This document shows positions 10,160 through 23,607 of a DNA stretch of 64,000 nucleotides, one piece after another; the stretch's first letter is position 1; each line of letters opens with the position of its first letter. Origin of the DNA: Geosiphon pyriformis uo1 (lineage: Eukaryota; Fungi; Glomeromycota); assembly GCA_016748015.1 (NCBI GenBank), contig JAAOMT010000328.1:310001-374000 (forward strand), written 5' to 3'. The notes beneath the pieces are model-generated. The model was not told the DNA's origin. It made no database searches and was given only the letters and a program-made list of their open reading frames with translations. Both the position numbers and the translations under genes were made by a program.

Positions 10160-11623
10160 ATGATTACACTTGCACAAGGAACAAACGGTCTTGAAACTTT
10201 TGGAAGCTTATTGCTTTCCAACTTCAAAATAAAGCAAGCTTCTACGACGAACAACTCTGTCTCATCTTTTCTTTCTACACATTCTGGGAATGCCTCCAAT
10301 GTTCCCTTTTCTTTTACCGCGGTGCCTGCTATCAGGAAAAGGCTTTGTAATAAATATAATGGCTCAAATATTGTAACTCTTACAAAAGATCAAAATTCTC
10401 CCGAATATATAATTATTGATGATGACATTGATGACAAACAGAATCAGCAGGAAAAATGCATTCTCAAATCATCAGGACAAACTATTTTCTCTTCTCTCCC
10501 CATCTCAGAAAAGGGACGGGAAGTAATTAACGTTGAGTGCTCTGATGAAAAAGAGGTAGAATCATATGAACCCTCAAGTAATAAAAGTTTGAAACCAGAT
10601 TTACTACAGGTAATGCAATTAGAAGCCGACAGCGTTCTGTTGTCTTCATCTGAGCAGTGCAGGAGCGGAGAAATAGGTAAAGAAATTATTGAAGTTCATA
10701 GCTCGGATGAGGAAGCTACAAATGATCATCGGAAAAAAAGAAAGATAGCAAAATCCGGTTTTCCACAAGTAAGCTACATTTTAAGGATTTTGTATCATAA
10801 TTGCTTCTCCCTTCACTGCTTCTAGCGAAAAGCTCTAACAAGCTATTTATTATTAAAGAATCAAAATATAATCGTAATTGATGAGGATCATTTGGAGAGA
10901 AATTCGATTTCCACTCGTGCTATTGCTGATTCCCCCTTAGAATATGTTGATAATAATACCCGATCAACCAATATTCTCCATCAATCTCGATCTAGCCTAA
11001 TCATTCAACAACCTCAATTTTCCATTAATCATCTTCCAATCATTCACAACCCTTTGCTCAATGAACGAATCATATCCCCTGATAAATACTTTGAGGAATA
11101 TCGCGAAACAATCTTCAACATGGCAATCGCGGATATTTTCTATCGGGCTTTCCCTCAATATCGTCCTTGGGATATGCATCAAATGTGTTATCAAGTAATG
11201 CCCTATAGTGTATTTGAAGATTTGTGGCGTCAGAATCGCCATTTTGGATATTTTTGTTACTTTCTTGTAGCGTATTATTTGGAAGCTGGACTCAAAGAAG
11301 CCATTTATTTTGTTAAATGTCTGATTCAACCGTTGGCTCCTCAAATTCTGCATCATAAACCCAATGAGATTCGAGTCTTTGCGCGTCAGGGTCAACTAGA
11401 TATAAAGGTTATAAATAACTTAAAGATAACCAAATTCTAGTATAAATCAAAATTTGGACCATTAAGAATCGGGCTAAGATGAATATTCATAAGAAAAATT
11501 TGTTCAAAGGAGCTGTATTAAGGGTGAGTGTTCAAGTTTTAATACATCATTTCAAGGATAATTCTAATTTCAGCAAATCATACCAAGAGGTTTCAACGGT
11601 CATTTTTTGAATTTGGAAAATGA
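10160..11623 (+). CDS. Multi-exon gene: SIM-rich disordered N-terminus, NLS and degenerate RNase III-like domain
   Basis: Exons 10160-10768 and 10859-11407 (GTAAGC donor, CTAAC branch, in frame); probable exon 11467-11523; last exon uncertain (ends 11623 or 11672); normal CpG content. Confidence 0.7.
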
Positions 11624-12001
11624 AAGCTTCCCTTATTTATTCACAAATTTAATTTTAACATTTCATCTTTGATGAACCTTATTATAAAGTTTTGCCATGC
11701 ACTTCCACCAAGATATAGTGGTATCACACTTGTTTACCTTTCTGTGCTATATAATGAAAGGCAAATCACAAATATATCAAAATCCGAATGGCTTATCAAA
11801 CCTATTTCAAATTTCAAAACTATATTCTACCGATTAACTCGCAAGTTAAAATAATAAATACATAAATTTTCAAATAAATACCCCTGAAGTTAACAAGGTT
11901 ACGTTGTACTAGCAGTAAGAAAAGAGATAGGTTTGTACACTATCATAGGATATATCCTATTGACTTCCTGAATATTGGTTCTTGCACACAAAAATCATCT
12001 C

Positions 12002-13653
12002 TCAACCACCCTTATTTGAGCTAGCGTCCAACCGCCTTACCAAAATTTCGTAGGTGAGAATTGTTAAAGCGCTCGCAGGAACAGTACGCATTAAATTGGT
12101 CGTCATCCCCTTATAAAATGCCTTCCAACCTTCTTCATGTGCAATCACTCCAACAGCGTGGAATATACCATGATATTTGTGCGGTTTTGCCGCTTGATTC
12201 TGTAGTCGCGTACGAACAACCTCGTGAGGATAGGTGGCCATTGATGCGATCATTTTGGATACTGATGAAGCGTATAGAATTGAAAGATTGGAGAGATGAT
12301 CGCGATCTGGCTTTTCTTTTAAGTGAACGTTAAAGGGGATCGAATTAATAAACTGTTTCGGCTTTGTTATATTTATATATTTCATTTGAAACACATACTT
12401 AACCAAACCTTCATCTTTTCATACAACGGGAACTGCACGGCGACATGACTGACCCCCATTAATGAGGGTCCGAGGCCTTTGTAAAATCCGCGAATACCTT
12501 CTTGTCGGTAAATAGTCGAAAACGCATGCATCGTATTTTGATATCGATAAGTGGTGGTATCATTTTGGGTCTACCATCAAGAGAGTTGTGATTAAAAAAT
12601 ACTCGGCTTTAATTGAGGAGAAAAGTAACGAAAAGGAAATGGACAACAAAATACATGACTCAACATATTAATATTGAATAGAAAATACACGAGGAGGGTG
12701 ACATCATATTAAGAGAATTCCTGATTTCTTTAAAAAAAGAAAAACAAAATTCCCATAGAAACACAACAAATACCATGAAGCGAGTTTTGATCACCCAAAA
12801 AGGATTAGTGGCTATAGTACTTGTGGCTCCAGCACCCATCGCCGCGAATATATGCACTACCCATTGATAATCGCTTCGGGCTCCTAGGCCGATGTCACAA
12901 ATCCGGGTTTTTATGTATATGTATGGTGTCAAGAAGAGACGAAGTAATTCTATCAGTCTTGCTTTCGAACCTTGAATGAATTTTCTTTTCTATTTATGAT
13001 ACACTTCCGCGGAAAACAAGCCGGTATTTATGATACAGTTCGTCAATATTCATATAAGACTGGGTACGCGACTTGAACTTTGTTGGAAGAGATGCTAATG
13101 ATCATGGTTTTGACGTTATATTTCCCGTTGTTATCAAAATCTTCATATTCACATATTTATTCCAATATTGGCATTCATCCCTCGCTCAAACATGGAAATT
13201 ATAGATCATCCTCATAATAATTACCTGTTTTGGAAGCCAAAGTATCTTTAAAGTAGTCATATGCAGTAAAATAGATTGCCCAAGTGGGTAGATAACCGTA
13301 CATTGTAGGACCGAGGCCACGATACAGGCCGCGTATACCTTCTTCTCGCCATATTCGCCTCAAGGTTCCTGTTCCCAATAGGTGTAATGAGATCTCAAAG
13401 AGACCATCATAAAGAACCAAGCGAGAATTCTAGTCATACCTCCAGTCCCTTTATAAAGGGGAGCCCCAGTTTGGTGTCTTTCACAACCATAACCCACAGC
13501 ATTAGCCTGATTTTGCAGCCGTGTTTTCACCACGTCTAGCGGACAGGTCACCACCGAACTTACACACCCGGCAACTGCACCCGCGATCGAGTGTTTAAAC
13601 CTATCAGGTTCCCCATGTAGTAGATCCATGTGTTTTGTGGAGGAAGTAGTCAT
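12002..13653 (-). CDS. NDT1: Mitochondrial carrier (SLC25), NAD+ transporter NDT1/YIA6-like, 317 aa
   Basis: Exons 13653-13440, 13368-13225, 12883-12774, 12570-12399 and 12315-12002 total 954 nt. Carrier motifs PLDVVKTR, PFWVIKTR, PHEVVRTR; GYLPTWAIYF. Confidence 0.88.
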
Positions 13654-14269
13654 GTTATGCAATAAGTTTGACGGTTTTATACTTTGGAGAAGGGTTTCAT
13701 CAAAGGTTTATCAATGACTAATTTGTGATGACGGACGTTTTTATCTTGCCAACGTCTGTCTTTGGTTTGGTTAACTCAGCTAAAGAAGGCATTAAAAATT
13801 CAATTACATAAGGGTCAAAAGAAAAACGGCACAAAGGACAGAACGAACTCTCACGCCTGTACTTTGGTATTGACATGAAGCCTATTTCGAAATTATCATC
13901 ATTTTTGATGCTTATATTCTAATTTAACCAATCAAGCATGAGGAAAATCTCATCAATTTGTTCACTTTTTTGGTTAGAAATTTGAACCGATGAATGCTAA
14001 TCAGTTGTTTAGTAACGCTTTCCTCAAAATGCTTATAACACCATTATCGCGTTTATGCCTTTTTTTGTTTTTTTGACAAAAAAACATTTTGCAATTGTGT
14101 AATAAAATTTCACAATTGTTGATTAGACAGGAATTTTTGCAAATATTAAAAAATAAAAAATAATTCTTATTATTGTTATTTGTTAATTTAATTAGTCATT
14201 TATTAACTTAATACAGATTTATGTTGTAAAATTAAATCAATTATCAAAAATTAAAAAATATAACCAAAA

Positions 14270-14400
14270 AAATAGAGTATTTTATTAATAAATAATCGTT
14301 TTAACAGCTTGTATTATTATGTAATATATATGCTTTTTATATATAGCCAATTACTTAAACCTATGTAAAGACTATATTAAGTTAAGTACAAAAATTTTTT
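14270..14400 (-). mobile_element. Short LINE 3'-end fragment
   Basis: Reverse-complement similarity to 9400-9520. Confidence 0.45.
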
Positions 14401-14575
14401 ATATTTAAATCTTTATCTTGGTTAAATTAAAATTATTTTGATTTTATAAAATCTAAAAATGTTGGCAAAAAATGCTTACGGTACTTCTACTTTTTTTTAA
14501 TATCAAAAAATATATCTTATTTTAAATATTACAATTTTTTTTTCTGCTCAACATTGACAACCCAATAGATTGTAT

Positions 14576-16900
14576 TGTTAAGAGTTGGAGTAACAAGCTA
14601 ACCAATAGCAAAGGAAAAGGCTATTGAGATCGATGGAAATAATCAAAGGAGAAATTCAATTAAAGAAGCGAGTTGAATTTGTAAGGATCCAATGTGCATG
14701 ATCAGTCTCAAAATTACAATCACTTAATCTTTTCTGGGAAATCTGAAAATAGAAGAATAGTTTGTAATTAATACTACTGCTATTATTCTATGTCTTACTT
14801 GGCAATTCTTAGAATTAATAACAGATATCATTGTGCTTTTCAATCATTTTTTTATTCAATAAATTACAAGAGCAAGCAATTACTTTTTAGACTAATTCTA
14901 ACAATACAAATTAAAAAAGAAAAAAGATAAAATATGTAAATGCCAACAAGTAATTTTTTATTTACAGATGTTCAAATACTTGAAAATAAGGAATTGAAAA
15001 AGAAAAATAAGTAAAAAAAAATTATTGAATGTATAGATATTATTTTATTACTTTGATCTTTGACATGTTTTTCTTTAGCTAAAAAACTTATTGTTTATAT
15101 AACTATTTAAAATGATTAATAATTAGGTTAATAATCAGATCAATAATCAGATTAATAATTAAATTATTAATTAAGTCAATGATTAAATTAACAATTATGT
15201 TAATAATCAGATTATTGATTATTATTTAAAAAATTAAATAATTAATTATATAATATTATTGGCTAATATATGTAATAATTAATAAAAACTATAAGTTTTA
15301 ATTATAATATTATTTTTTTCAAAGAAATTAAGCTTTAATAAAATTAAATTATTTATAGAATATTTTAATTAAAAAGTTTTATTTAACTTAAAACTAACTA
15401 ATTATAAAAGTTTTTTATTAAAAAAGTATATAATATTTGGAATAAAATAAGTTTTGTATTTAAAAAACCAAATTTTTGTATAAAAGTTTTGGTTTTTTTA
15501 ACAATAATTAAAATTTTTGGAATATTTAATTGTATATAATATTCAAAATTTTTACTTGTATTTTTAAAGTTGTTTTTTAAGAGCTTTATATTTTCTATAA
15601 TTTTATTAAAACAATTATAAAGCTTTAATTGTTTTTTATAAAACAAAATTTTTATTTATAAGCAAAATTTTTTTAATTGTTTTTTTAAATATGTTAAAAA
15701 ACAATAATATAATTAATATTATATATTTAAGCATATATTTATTTATTTTATTACCAGTTTTTTTTTTAATAATAATTTTCTTTGGTTTAATAATAGTATA
15801 TATTTTATATTAATTTTATAAAATATAAAAACTATTGTTCAAAATTTTATTAATTATAAAGAATTTATTTTTATAGATATTATTTTATTCAAATAATATT
15901 TTATAATTAAATTACCAATACTTAAAAAAAGTGTTTTATATGTTTTTTTTTGAGTTTTTTTAAAACTAATTTATTTATTTTTTGAATTGTATATTATATA
16001 CAAATTAATTATTAAAGATTATTCTATATTAATTTTATAAAATATAAAAATTATTGTTTAAAATTTTGTTAATTATAAAAATTTTTTTTTATTGGCTAAA
16101 AAACTTATCTTTATATATATTATTTTTATTTAAATAGTATTTTAAAATTAAGTTACTAATACTTAAAAAAAGTATTTTATATGTTTTTTTTTTGAATTTT
16201 TTTAAAACTGTTTTATTTTTTTAAAAACCATTACTTATGTCTTTATTAATAAATTAAAAATTATATTAAGTTTTTTTTGCAAAATATTTTTGTATTTTTG
16301 TATTCTGTTTTTTTAAAAAAATATTGTTTTAATATTAATTTTTATTAATAAAGTTGCTATTTTTTCGTAAAACAAATAAAAAAATTTATAACTTATTATA
16401 TTATAATTTATAATTCTATAAACAAACAAAGTTAAAAGCAATATTTTGTTTTATAAGTTTGTTTTTTTACTGGTTTTAACCAAAATTTTATATAATATTC
16501 TATTAAAATATTCTATTAAGCTATTTTTTTTAAAAATAAAAGATAAAAATTTATAATATACTTTTGATTTTTTACAAAAATTATTAACTAGTATATTAAA
16601 AAAAGCTCTTTTTTATTAAATAAAACATTTAATATTTACATAAATAAAATTAGCAATAGAAACTGCTATTTAATTTAAAATAATTTTTACTTTTACTTAT
16701 TTATAAGATAATTAATAACTATTATAATATATTTGTTATTATTAAAAGTTATTATTAAAAATTTAATAATATTAATACCAATTTTATTAAATAGTTAACT
16801 AATAAAAATTGAATAAATATATTTTTTTTATTAAGTTTTTTTTTTGACAAATGTTATATGTTTTAATGTACTAAACAATATTTTTTAAATTAAACCAGTA
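14576..16900 (-). mobile_element. Heavily AT-shifted family B' Gypsy remnant (LTR 14576-15309, ORF3, integrase fragment)
   Basis: Reverse-complement match to 48600-52221; ORF 15398-15646 is a decayed copy of 8280-8500. Confidence 0.8.
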
Positions 16901-19130
16901 ATTTTATTTTTTTTATAAATACAGTTCAATTATTATTTAGTACAAAAAAATAAACTAAGTAATTTTAACTAAATATAATTTATATGCTTATTATATATTG
17001 TTATGAGTTGGAATAACAAGCTAACAGATAGCAAGGGAGAACAGAATTGTAGGGTGATGGAAATAATCAAAGGGGAATTCAACTTTAAAGTGCGAATTAA
17101 ATGAGTATAGATTCAATGTGCGAGATCAGTCTCATAAAATATCTCAGTCACTATTCTTTTCAAAAAAGTAACAAGAGAATTTAAAAGTAGAGGGATAGTC
17201 CGTACTATCAACAATTGATCACTGCTGGTATAATTCTATGCTTTATGTTGGCACTCTTAGAATTCAATATCAAATATCAACTTGTGCTCTTCAGTTATGT
17301 TTATTCAAATAATCTTTAAATACTGCAATTACATATTTCAGGAAAGTGCCAACAAGTAATTTTTTATTTAAAAGATGTTCAGATACTTGAAGGTAGAGAA
17401 AGAGAAATTAGTGATAAGAGAATGTTTGAGATAGAAGTTTGTTATTTTATTTCTTTGATTGTCTTAATTCCTTACATTGATATTTTTCTACAGCTAAAAG
17501 ACTTATCACTTATATATCTATTGAAAGTGGTCAATGACTAGGTTAATGATCAGGTCAATGATCAGGTTAATAGTTAGGTCATTGATCAGGTCAATAATCA
17601 CTATTTAAAAATAGGGTGGCTAATTATATGACATCAGTGGCTAATACATGTGATAACTAATAAAAACTATGAGTTTCAACCATAACAATATAATTAGTCA
17701 TATAGACTAATTAAGACAATATTATACACTTATACAAATTTTTATACTATTATTTATACTTAAAAAGAACATTCAAGCTCTATATAATTTAAAACCAATA
17801 ACAAATAACTTAATAATATTAAGCAAATAAACTATTTTAACCAACAACAAATTAAATAGACTACAAAAAACATTAGACAATATTTTATTATTATTTATTA
17901 GACCATTTTTTTTTATATTTGCTTTAAACTTAGATTTAAATATTTATAATTTGCTGTAATGTTTTTTAGCTAAATTACAAATAAAATTAACTATTATAAA
18001 TACAGTCTTTTTATCATTAAAAATCAACACTGTTTTATTAATACAATTATTAAAAATAAAATTTTTATATAAGAATACATAAATATTAACATCTAAAGCT
18101 TTCAAAAAAAGAGTACATAATACTAAAAAAAACACTAAAAAGCAAACTTTTATTAAAAATTTTTACAGTTTAATATAATTATACAATATCTTAGATTATG
18201 TAAAGATGTCTTTTAAGCATATAAAAACATGATTAAAAAGTTTAATATTACTATATATTAAGCACAAAATGTTTAGATAATTTTTATTATAAAGCTTTTT
18301 TCTAATTACAATTGGTTATTTTCTATAAATTGTTTTTATTAAATATATGTAAAAAACAATTAAAGATTTGTTAATGAATTCAGAAAGTATATAAAGTTTA
18401 AATGCCAAAATAAAGCAGTACAAATTCAGTTTATATCTTGAATAAATAAATTATTCACAATTTTTGCACTAAAATCTGCTTTTTATTGAACATAATAAAC
18501 AATTTAATAAATATTGTAAACAAAAAATGAATATTATTTAACACAACCAAATTATTAATTATGATAAATCTTTTACAAATCTTAATAGAAAAAGCCAAAT
18601 AAAACTGCCAAAGACAAAACAGAAACTAAAATGAGATTCGAACTATTATTTAAATTAGTTTATAAAAAAACCATATTGCTAATTAAACTTATTATTTTAA
18701 CATATTTAAATAAAATTTTTATTAAAAAAAAAATTTTTAAACATTATTTAAAAGAATATATAAGTTAATAAAAACTTTAAAAAACTTTAAAAAACAGCTT
18801 AAAATATTAAATAATTATAAATATAACAAAAAATAAAACATAATAATTAGTTATCAAATAATATAATAAGCTATAAAATCAAAAACAAAATATTATTGCT
18901 CTATATTAAAGCTAAAAAACAATAAAGTAAAAAGTTTAATTATAAATAAGATAAACTATTTTATATTATTATCAGTAAATTTTTACAGTTTTTAATACAA
19001 AAATTACAATATATATTATAAAAATTACTATTAAAACCATGTAAAAAAAACTTATATTAATATATTTAATAAAAAAATTAATTAGTAAATAAAAAATAAA
19101 AGATTAATAATTAGTTTAATTATAATAAAA
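16900..19130 (-). mobile_element. Decayed LINE-like 3' region interrupted by a solo LTR
   Basis: 3' UTR matches 9380-9520 across the LTR insertion; ORF 17944-18135 (LYKNFIFNN) resembles LAKRFVLKNW at 24700; upstream boundary approximate. Confidence 0.6.
16999..17687 (-). repeat. Solo LTR, family B
   Basis: TGTTA...TAACA; 4-bp TSD ATAT/ATAT; reverse complement of 8558-9186. Confidence 0.92.
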
Positions 19131-19135
19131 AGATA

Positions 19136-21307
19136 CAGTATATTATATAAAAAATCAAACAAAAACACATATTATAAAACTTGATATAGTTTAACCAATT
19201 TTAGTTGGTTTGTAATAATTAAATTAAAAAATAAATACTGTTATGAATAAACTTGATAAGATATTATCATAATATTTAGTGTTTATAATTTGATATTAAA
19301 AACAAGTTGATTTTTAGATAAATTAATTTTTGATAGTAAAGTCAGTTATTAATCTTTAAAAAATTTTTTTTAACAGTTTTACTTATTAAGTTTTTTTATT
19401 ATAAGACACAAAAATATTGTTTTTTATTTATATTGTTATAATTGTATTTTTTTTTGAGTTAATAAGTACAGTTATTAGAATTCAGTATTGTTTTTTTGAT
19501 AGGTTAATAAAATAAAGTTAATATTCAAATCTAAAAAAAGCTTCTCTTTTTTACCAGACTATTATAAATTCTATTTTTAAACAGTCAATTTTTAATGTTG
19601 CTGTTTTACAAAAAAAATAAAATAAAAAAAATTTAATATTTTGTTAATTATTGTAATCAAAAATAATTGGTTTAGTTATTAATGTTTTAAAAGCATTTAT
19701 GCTAATAACATTTGGTCTGAAATAAAGATAAGTAAAAACAATTAATCAAATCTTAACAATTAGAGTGTTAAAATTATAGACTTGTAAATTAAACAATAAT
19801 ATTTTATTTGGTAAATTTAGAATATAAAAAATGAAAAAAAGAAAATAGTTTTTAAGACTAAAAATAATATAAAAATATTAAGCTAATTTTTGTCTAGTTT
19901 GTTTTTTTCTATCTGCTAAAACTATTTTTTTATATACATATTTTCTAGTTCTATAGAATTGCTTTCAATTGTTTTATTCTTTTATATTATAATTAATTAT
20001 TTTATGTTATTATTAATTATTCTGTATTATTTTGTATTATTGTGTATTATCTTGTATTATTTTAAGTTATTTTATGTTATTCTGTATTATTTTGTGTTAT
20101 CTCATGTTATTACGTTTTTTTTATGTTATTATATAGTTCTTATGTTTTTTTTAATGAGTTTTTAATTATTTTTCTACTTGAATAATAATGCTAAGATAAA
20201 TAACTAAATATAATAAATTTTTTTTATATGTTTTACTAATAATTTTTTTAGAAATTTTTTTGTATAATATTATCTTTCAAGCAAAAAACACAGTACTAAA
20301 CTATATTATATTTTTGAAATAAAGAAATATAAAATACAACTAAAATAAAACAGCAAACAAATATACTATATTTTACTATTTATAATATTTTTAAAAAACT
20401 TAAAAAACAAAAATAATAAAACATATAAATAGAAATAATTAACTATAAAAAATTAAAAAAAAATGTATTATAAACATTAAGACAATATTTTTATTAAGAT
20501 TTTTTAATATTTTTGAGGACTTTAAAAATAAAATTAACAAAAAAAAATATAGACATTTTTTTTAGTACAATTTAAAAATATTTAATTAATTATAAATATA
20601 AAAAAGATTTGTTTTTAACAACTTTAATGTTTATTAATTTTTACAAAAAAAATTATGTAAAATGAATTTAAGAATATCTTAATAATAATTGAAAAAAACT
20701 GTTTTTTTGAATGAAATAGCTTTTTGTTTATTCTAAAATACAATAAAATATTAAAATAAAAGCCAATAACTAATTTATGCTATACTAAAAAATTGAATAA
20801 AAATTATGGCATAAAATAGTTTTTATAAGAAAAAAAATAAGTTTATTTTGTTTTACTTAAATAATAAATATTAAGTTTTATATAAAAATTATTCATGAAT
20901 ATTTATCTAAGATAAAAAAAATATTAAGAAATAAGTAATAGTTTTAACAAAACAATAATTCAAAGTACACAAATTATTTAGCCAAAGTTTTTTTTTAAAA
21001 AAATATGTCTAAAATTATAGCTTAGTCATCTAATAGTTTTACTTAAATCTTATTAAAAACTTATAGATTATTGTAAAAAGAAATGTAAAAAAGTATATGT
21101 CTAAAAATTGAGATAAATTAGAATAGAATTAATAAAACACTATTTTAAAATAATAATTACAAATAGAAAAAATATATTATATTAAATTTTTTTTAATAAA
21201 ATTATGTACTTTTTAGTTTTCTAATAATATATAATTTATATCTATTAATATATTGAATAAAATGCAGTAATTATTTTTTTCTATTCAATTTTTTTTGCAA
21301 TATACTG
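19136..21307 (+). mobile_element. Tc1/mariner-like DNA transposon remnant carrying a solo LTR D
   Basis: TA-flanked TIRs CAGTATATT.../...AATATACTG; decayed SPDLNPIENLW region near 21030; about 1.2 kb without the insert. Confidence 0.65.
19239..20187. repeat. Solo LTR, family D (D1)
   Basis: TGTTATGAATAAAC start, decayed GAATAATA end; TSD ATAC/ATGC; homologous to D2 and D3. Confidence 0.8.
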
Positions 21308-21316
21308 TATAACATA

Positions 21317-22583
21317 CAATTTAATAAGAAAAAAATTGGAAAAATATAAATTTACTAAGATTGTATTTGATTTAATCATTTTTAGTAAGTTTTATAATGA
21401 TAAAAATAGAAACAAAATATTAAGTAAGTGGTTAAATTTTAAAAACATTTTGTTATATATTAATTAATAGTTTTTTTTAAAACATGTTTTTAAAATACTG
21501 GTTTTAAAACAAAAAACACAATAATAAATTGTATTATATTTTAAAAACAAAAAATACAAAGATAAAATAAATACAAAATAAAATAAATTTTTTTTTTTTT
21601 ATTATCTATAATATTCTTAAAAAACTCAAAAAAAAAAAGAATAATAAAGCATGCAAATAATAATAGTTGATCAAGAAAAATTACAGAATTTTTTTTGAAA
21701 GTATTAAAACAGATTATTTATAAAAATTTTTTAGTTTTATCTAAATATTTAGCAATAAAATTGACTAAGAAAAGAATAAATATTTTTTATGTTATTATTT
21801 AAAACTATTTATCTAACTTTAATTATAAAAAAAGTTTTTCTAAAACAACTTCAATATTAACTAAAAAACATAAGCAAAAACGTATAGAATAAGCCAAAAA
21901 ATACTTAAATAATGATTGAAAAAAAACAATTTTTACTAATAAAATATCTTTTTAATTTTTTCAAAATATAGTAAAATATTGGCATAAAAATACTTAACTA
22001 ATTTGTTCTATGTTTAAAAATCAAACAAAAATTTTTGTATAAAAGAGTTTTTATAAAAAAAAAGACTAGTTTATTTTGTTTTGTTCAAATAATAAATACT
22101 TAATTTTATATAAATATTTTTTATCACTTCTTACTTAAAATTAGAATAATATTAAGTAATAATTAGTAATTTTAATAAGATAATAACTTCAAATATACCA
22201 ATAAGTTTGTCAAAAAATTTATTGCTAAAAATACAACTAATTTGTTAAAGTAACTACCTAATAGTTTTGATTTAAATCCAATAGAAAATCTTTGAATTAT
22301 TGTTAAAAAAAATATAAAAAAAAATATCTTAAAATTATAATAAATTAAAAAAATTTATAAGAGAAAAGTAACAAATTATTTCTAAATCTACTTTTATTAG
22401 ATTAGTAAAATCAACGAAACAGTATTGTAAAATGATAATTAAAACAAATAATAAAAAAATTTTTTATTGATTTTTTTAATAAAATTATATAGTATTTAAT
22501 TTTTTAATGAAAATTATTTTATGTAATTTGGTATATTAGTTAGTAATTATTTTTATATTTCCAATTTTTTTTTTACCAGACTA
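21317..22583 (+). mobile_element. Second Tc1-like transposon remnant
   Basis: TIR core aagaaaaaaattggaaa / tttccaatttttttt; decayed DDE motifs IFTN(D), DNN.KYT (about 22180) and PNSFDLNPIENL* (22258-22295). Confidence 0.8.
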
Positions 22584-23607
22584 TTATTTAACTGTTTAAT
22601 TAAATTAAATATAAAAATCTTGATAAATTAAAAAACACCAATAAAAATTAAAAATTAATATATGTAATTTAATAATAATAAATTTTATTATACTTTAAGA
22701 TTTATATTTATATTTATTTATGCAATTTAATAGTTACCAAAAAATATAATTAATTTATTTATTTTTAATTATATTAATTATAATTCTAATTAGTATTAAT
22801 AATATATAATCAAATTTTAAATTTAACTATTTAAATCTAATTATTTAAATTAATAATTTATAAAAAAATAATATGTCAAGTAAGTTTACAATTGAATTAA
22901 TTAATTTAATATATATAAATAAATAATGTATTAAAATAGGTTTAAAATAGTATAATTTAATTATATATATAGATTTTTTATTAATTTAAAAAAGTATTAA
23001 TTTTATATTAAGTTAATTTTTTTTTATATTTTATGTTTTATTTTAAGTCTTAAATACTTTTTATTAATATTATAAGTATATTATATACTTATTATTAATA
23101 TTTTAAATTTTTTTATTATTTTATAATCTTTAAATATATATTATTTATATATGTTTTATTTTAACAAATAAGCTATTAGTTTTATTATTTAATCTTGTTT
23201 TTTTTATTTATTTTTATTACAATTTAGTGAGTATAGTCCAATTACTATCTAAATACATAAGATTAAACAACATCCTAAATTAAGTATAGCTTATGCTTTT
23301 TTTACATATAATCAGCCACTTGGGCCAATCAAAGCAGCACTATATACTTAATTTATTCATCAAAGAAACATTATTTAAAAAACTAAAATTCAGCCTGAAT
23401 AGACAAAATTATAATCCAAAATAAATATGTATACCCAATTTAATTTTAAAACTGCGAATTATTTTTGAAAACCATAAAAATAACAAACCAAACACTAAAA
23501 AAATAGTGGACCCATTTTATGACAAAAAGTTATATTTTTTATAATAAGATCTTAACTTGGCTGTTAGCAGTCAAATAGCAAATTTGTGACTCTCAGCAAG
23601 ACCATAG

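Noticed and set aside
10997-11395. 132-aa antisense ORF
   Set aside because: Shadow of the plus-strand exon with no motif of its own
9400-14400. Inverted similarity flanking the two-gene island, suggesting a composite transposon
   Set aside because: Both pieces are dispersed LINE 3' ends also found at 16.9 kb and 23.3 kb; no TSD or terminal structure
15813-16210. Roughly 200-bp direct duplication
   Set aside because: Local rearrangement within a dead integrase remnant; no sign of function
19959-20165. Hydrophobic small ORFs (also 33822, 39146, 59108) as membrane peptides
   Set aside because: Translations of AT-rich or tandem-repeat TE DNA
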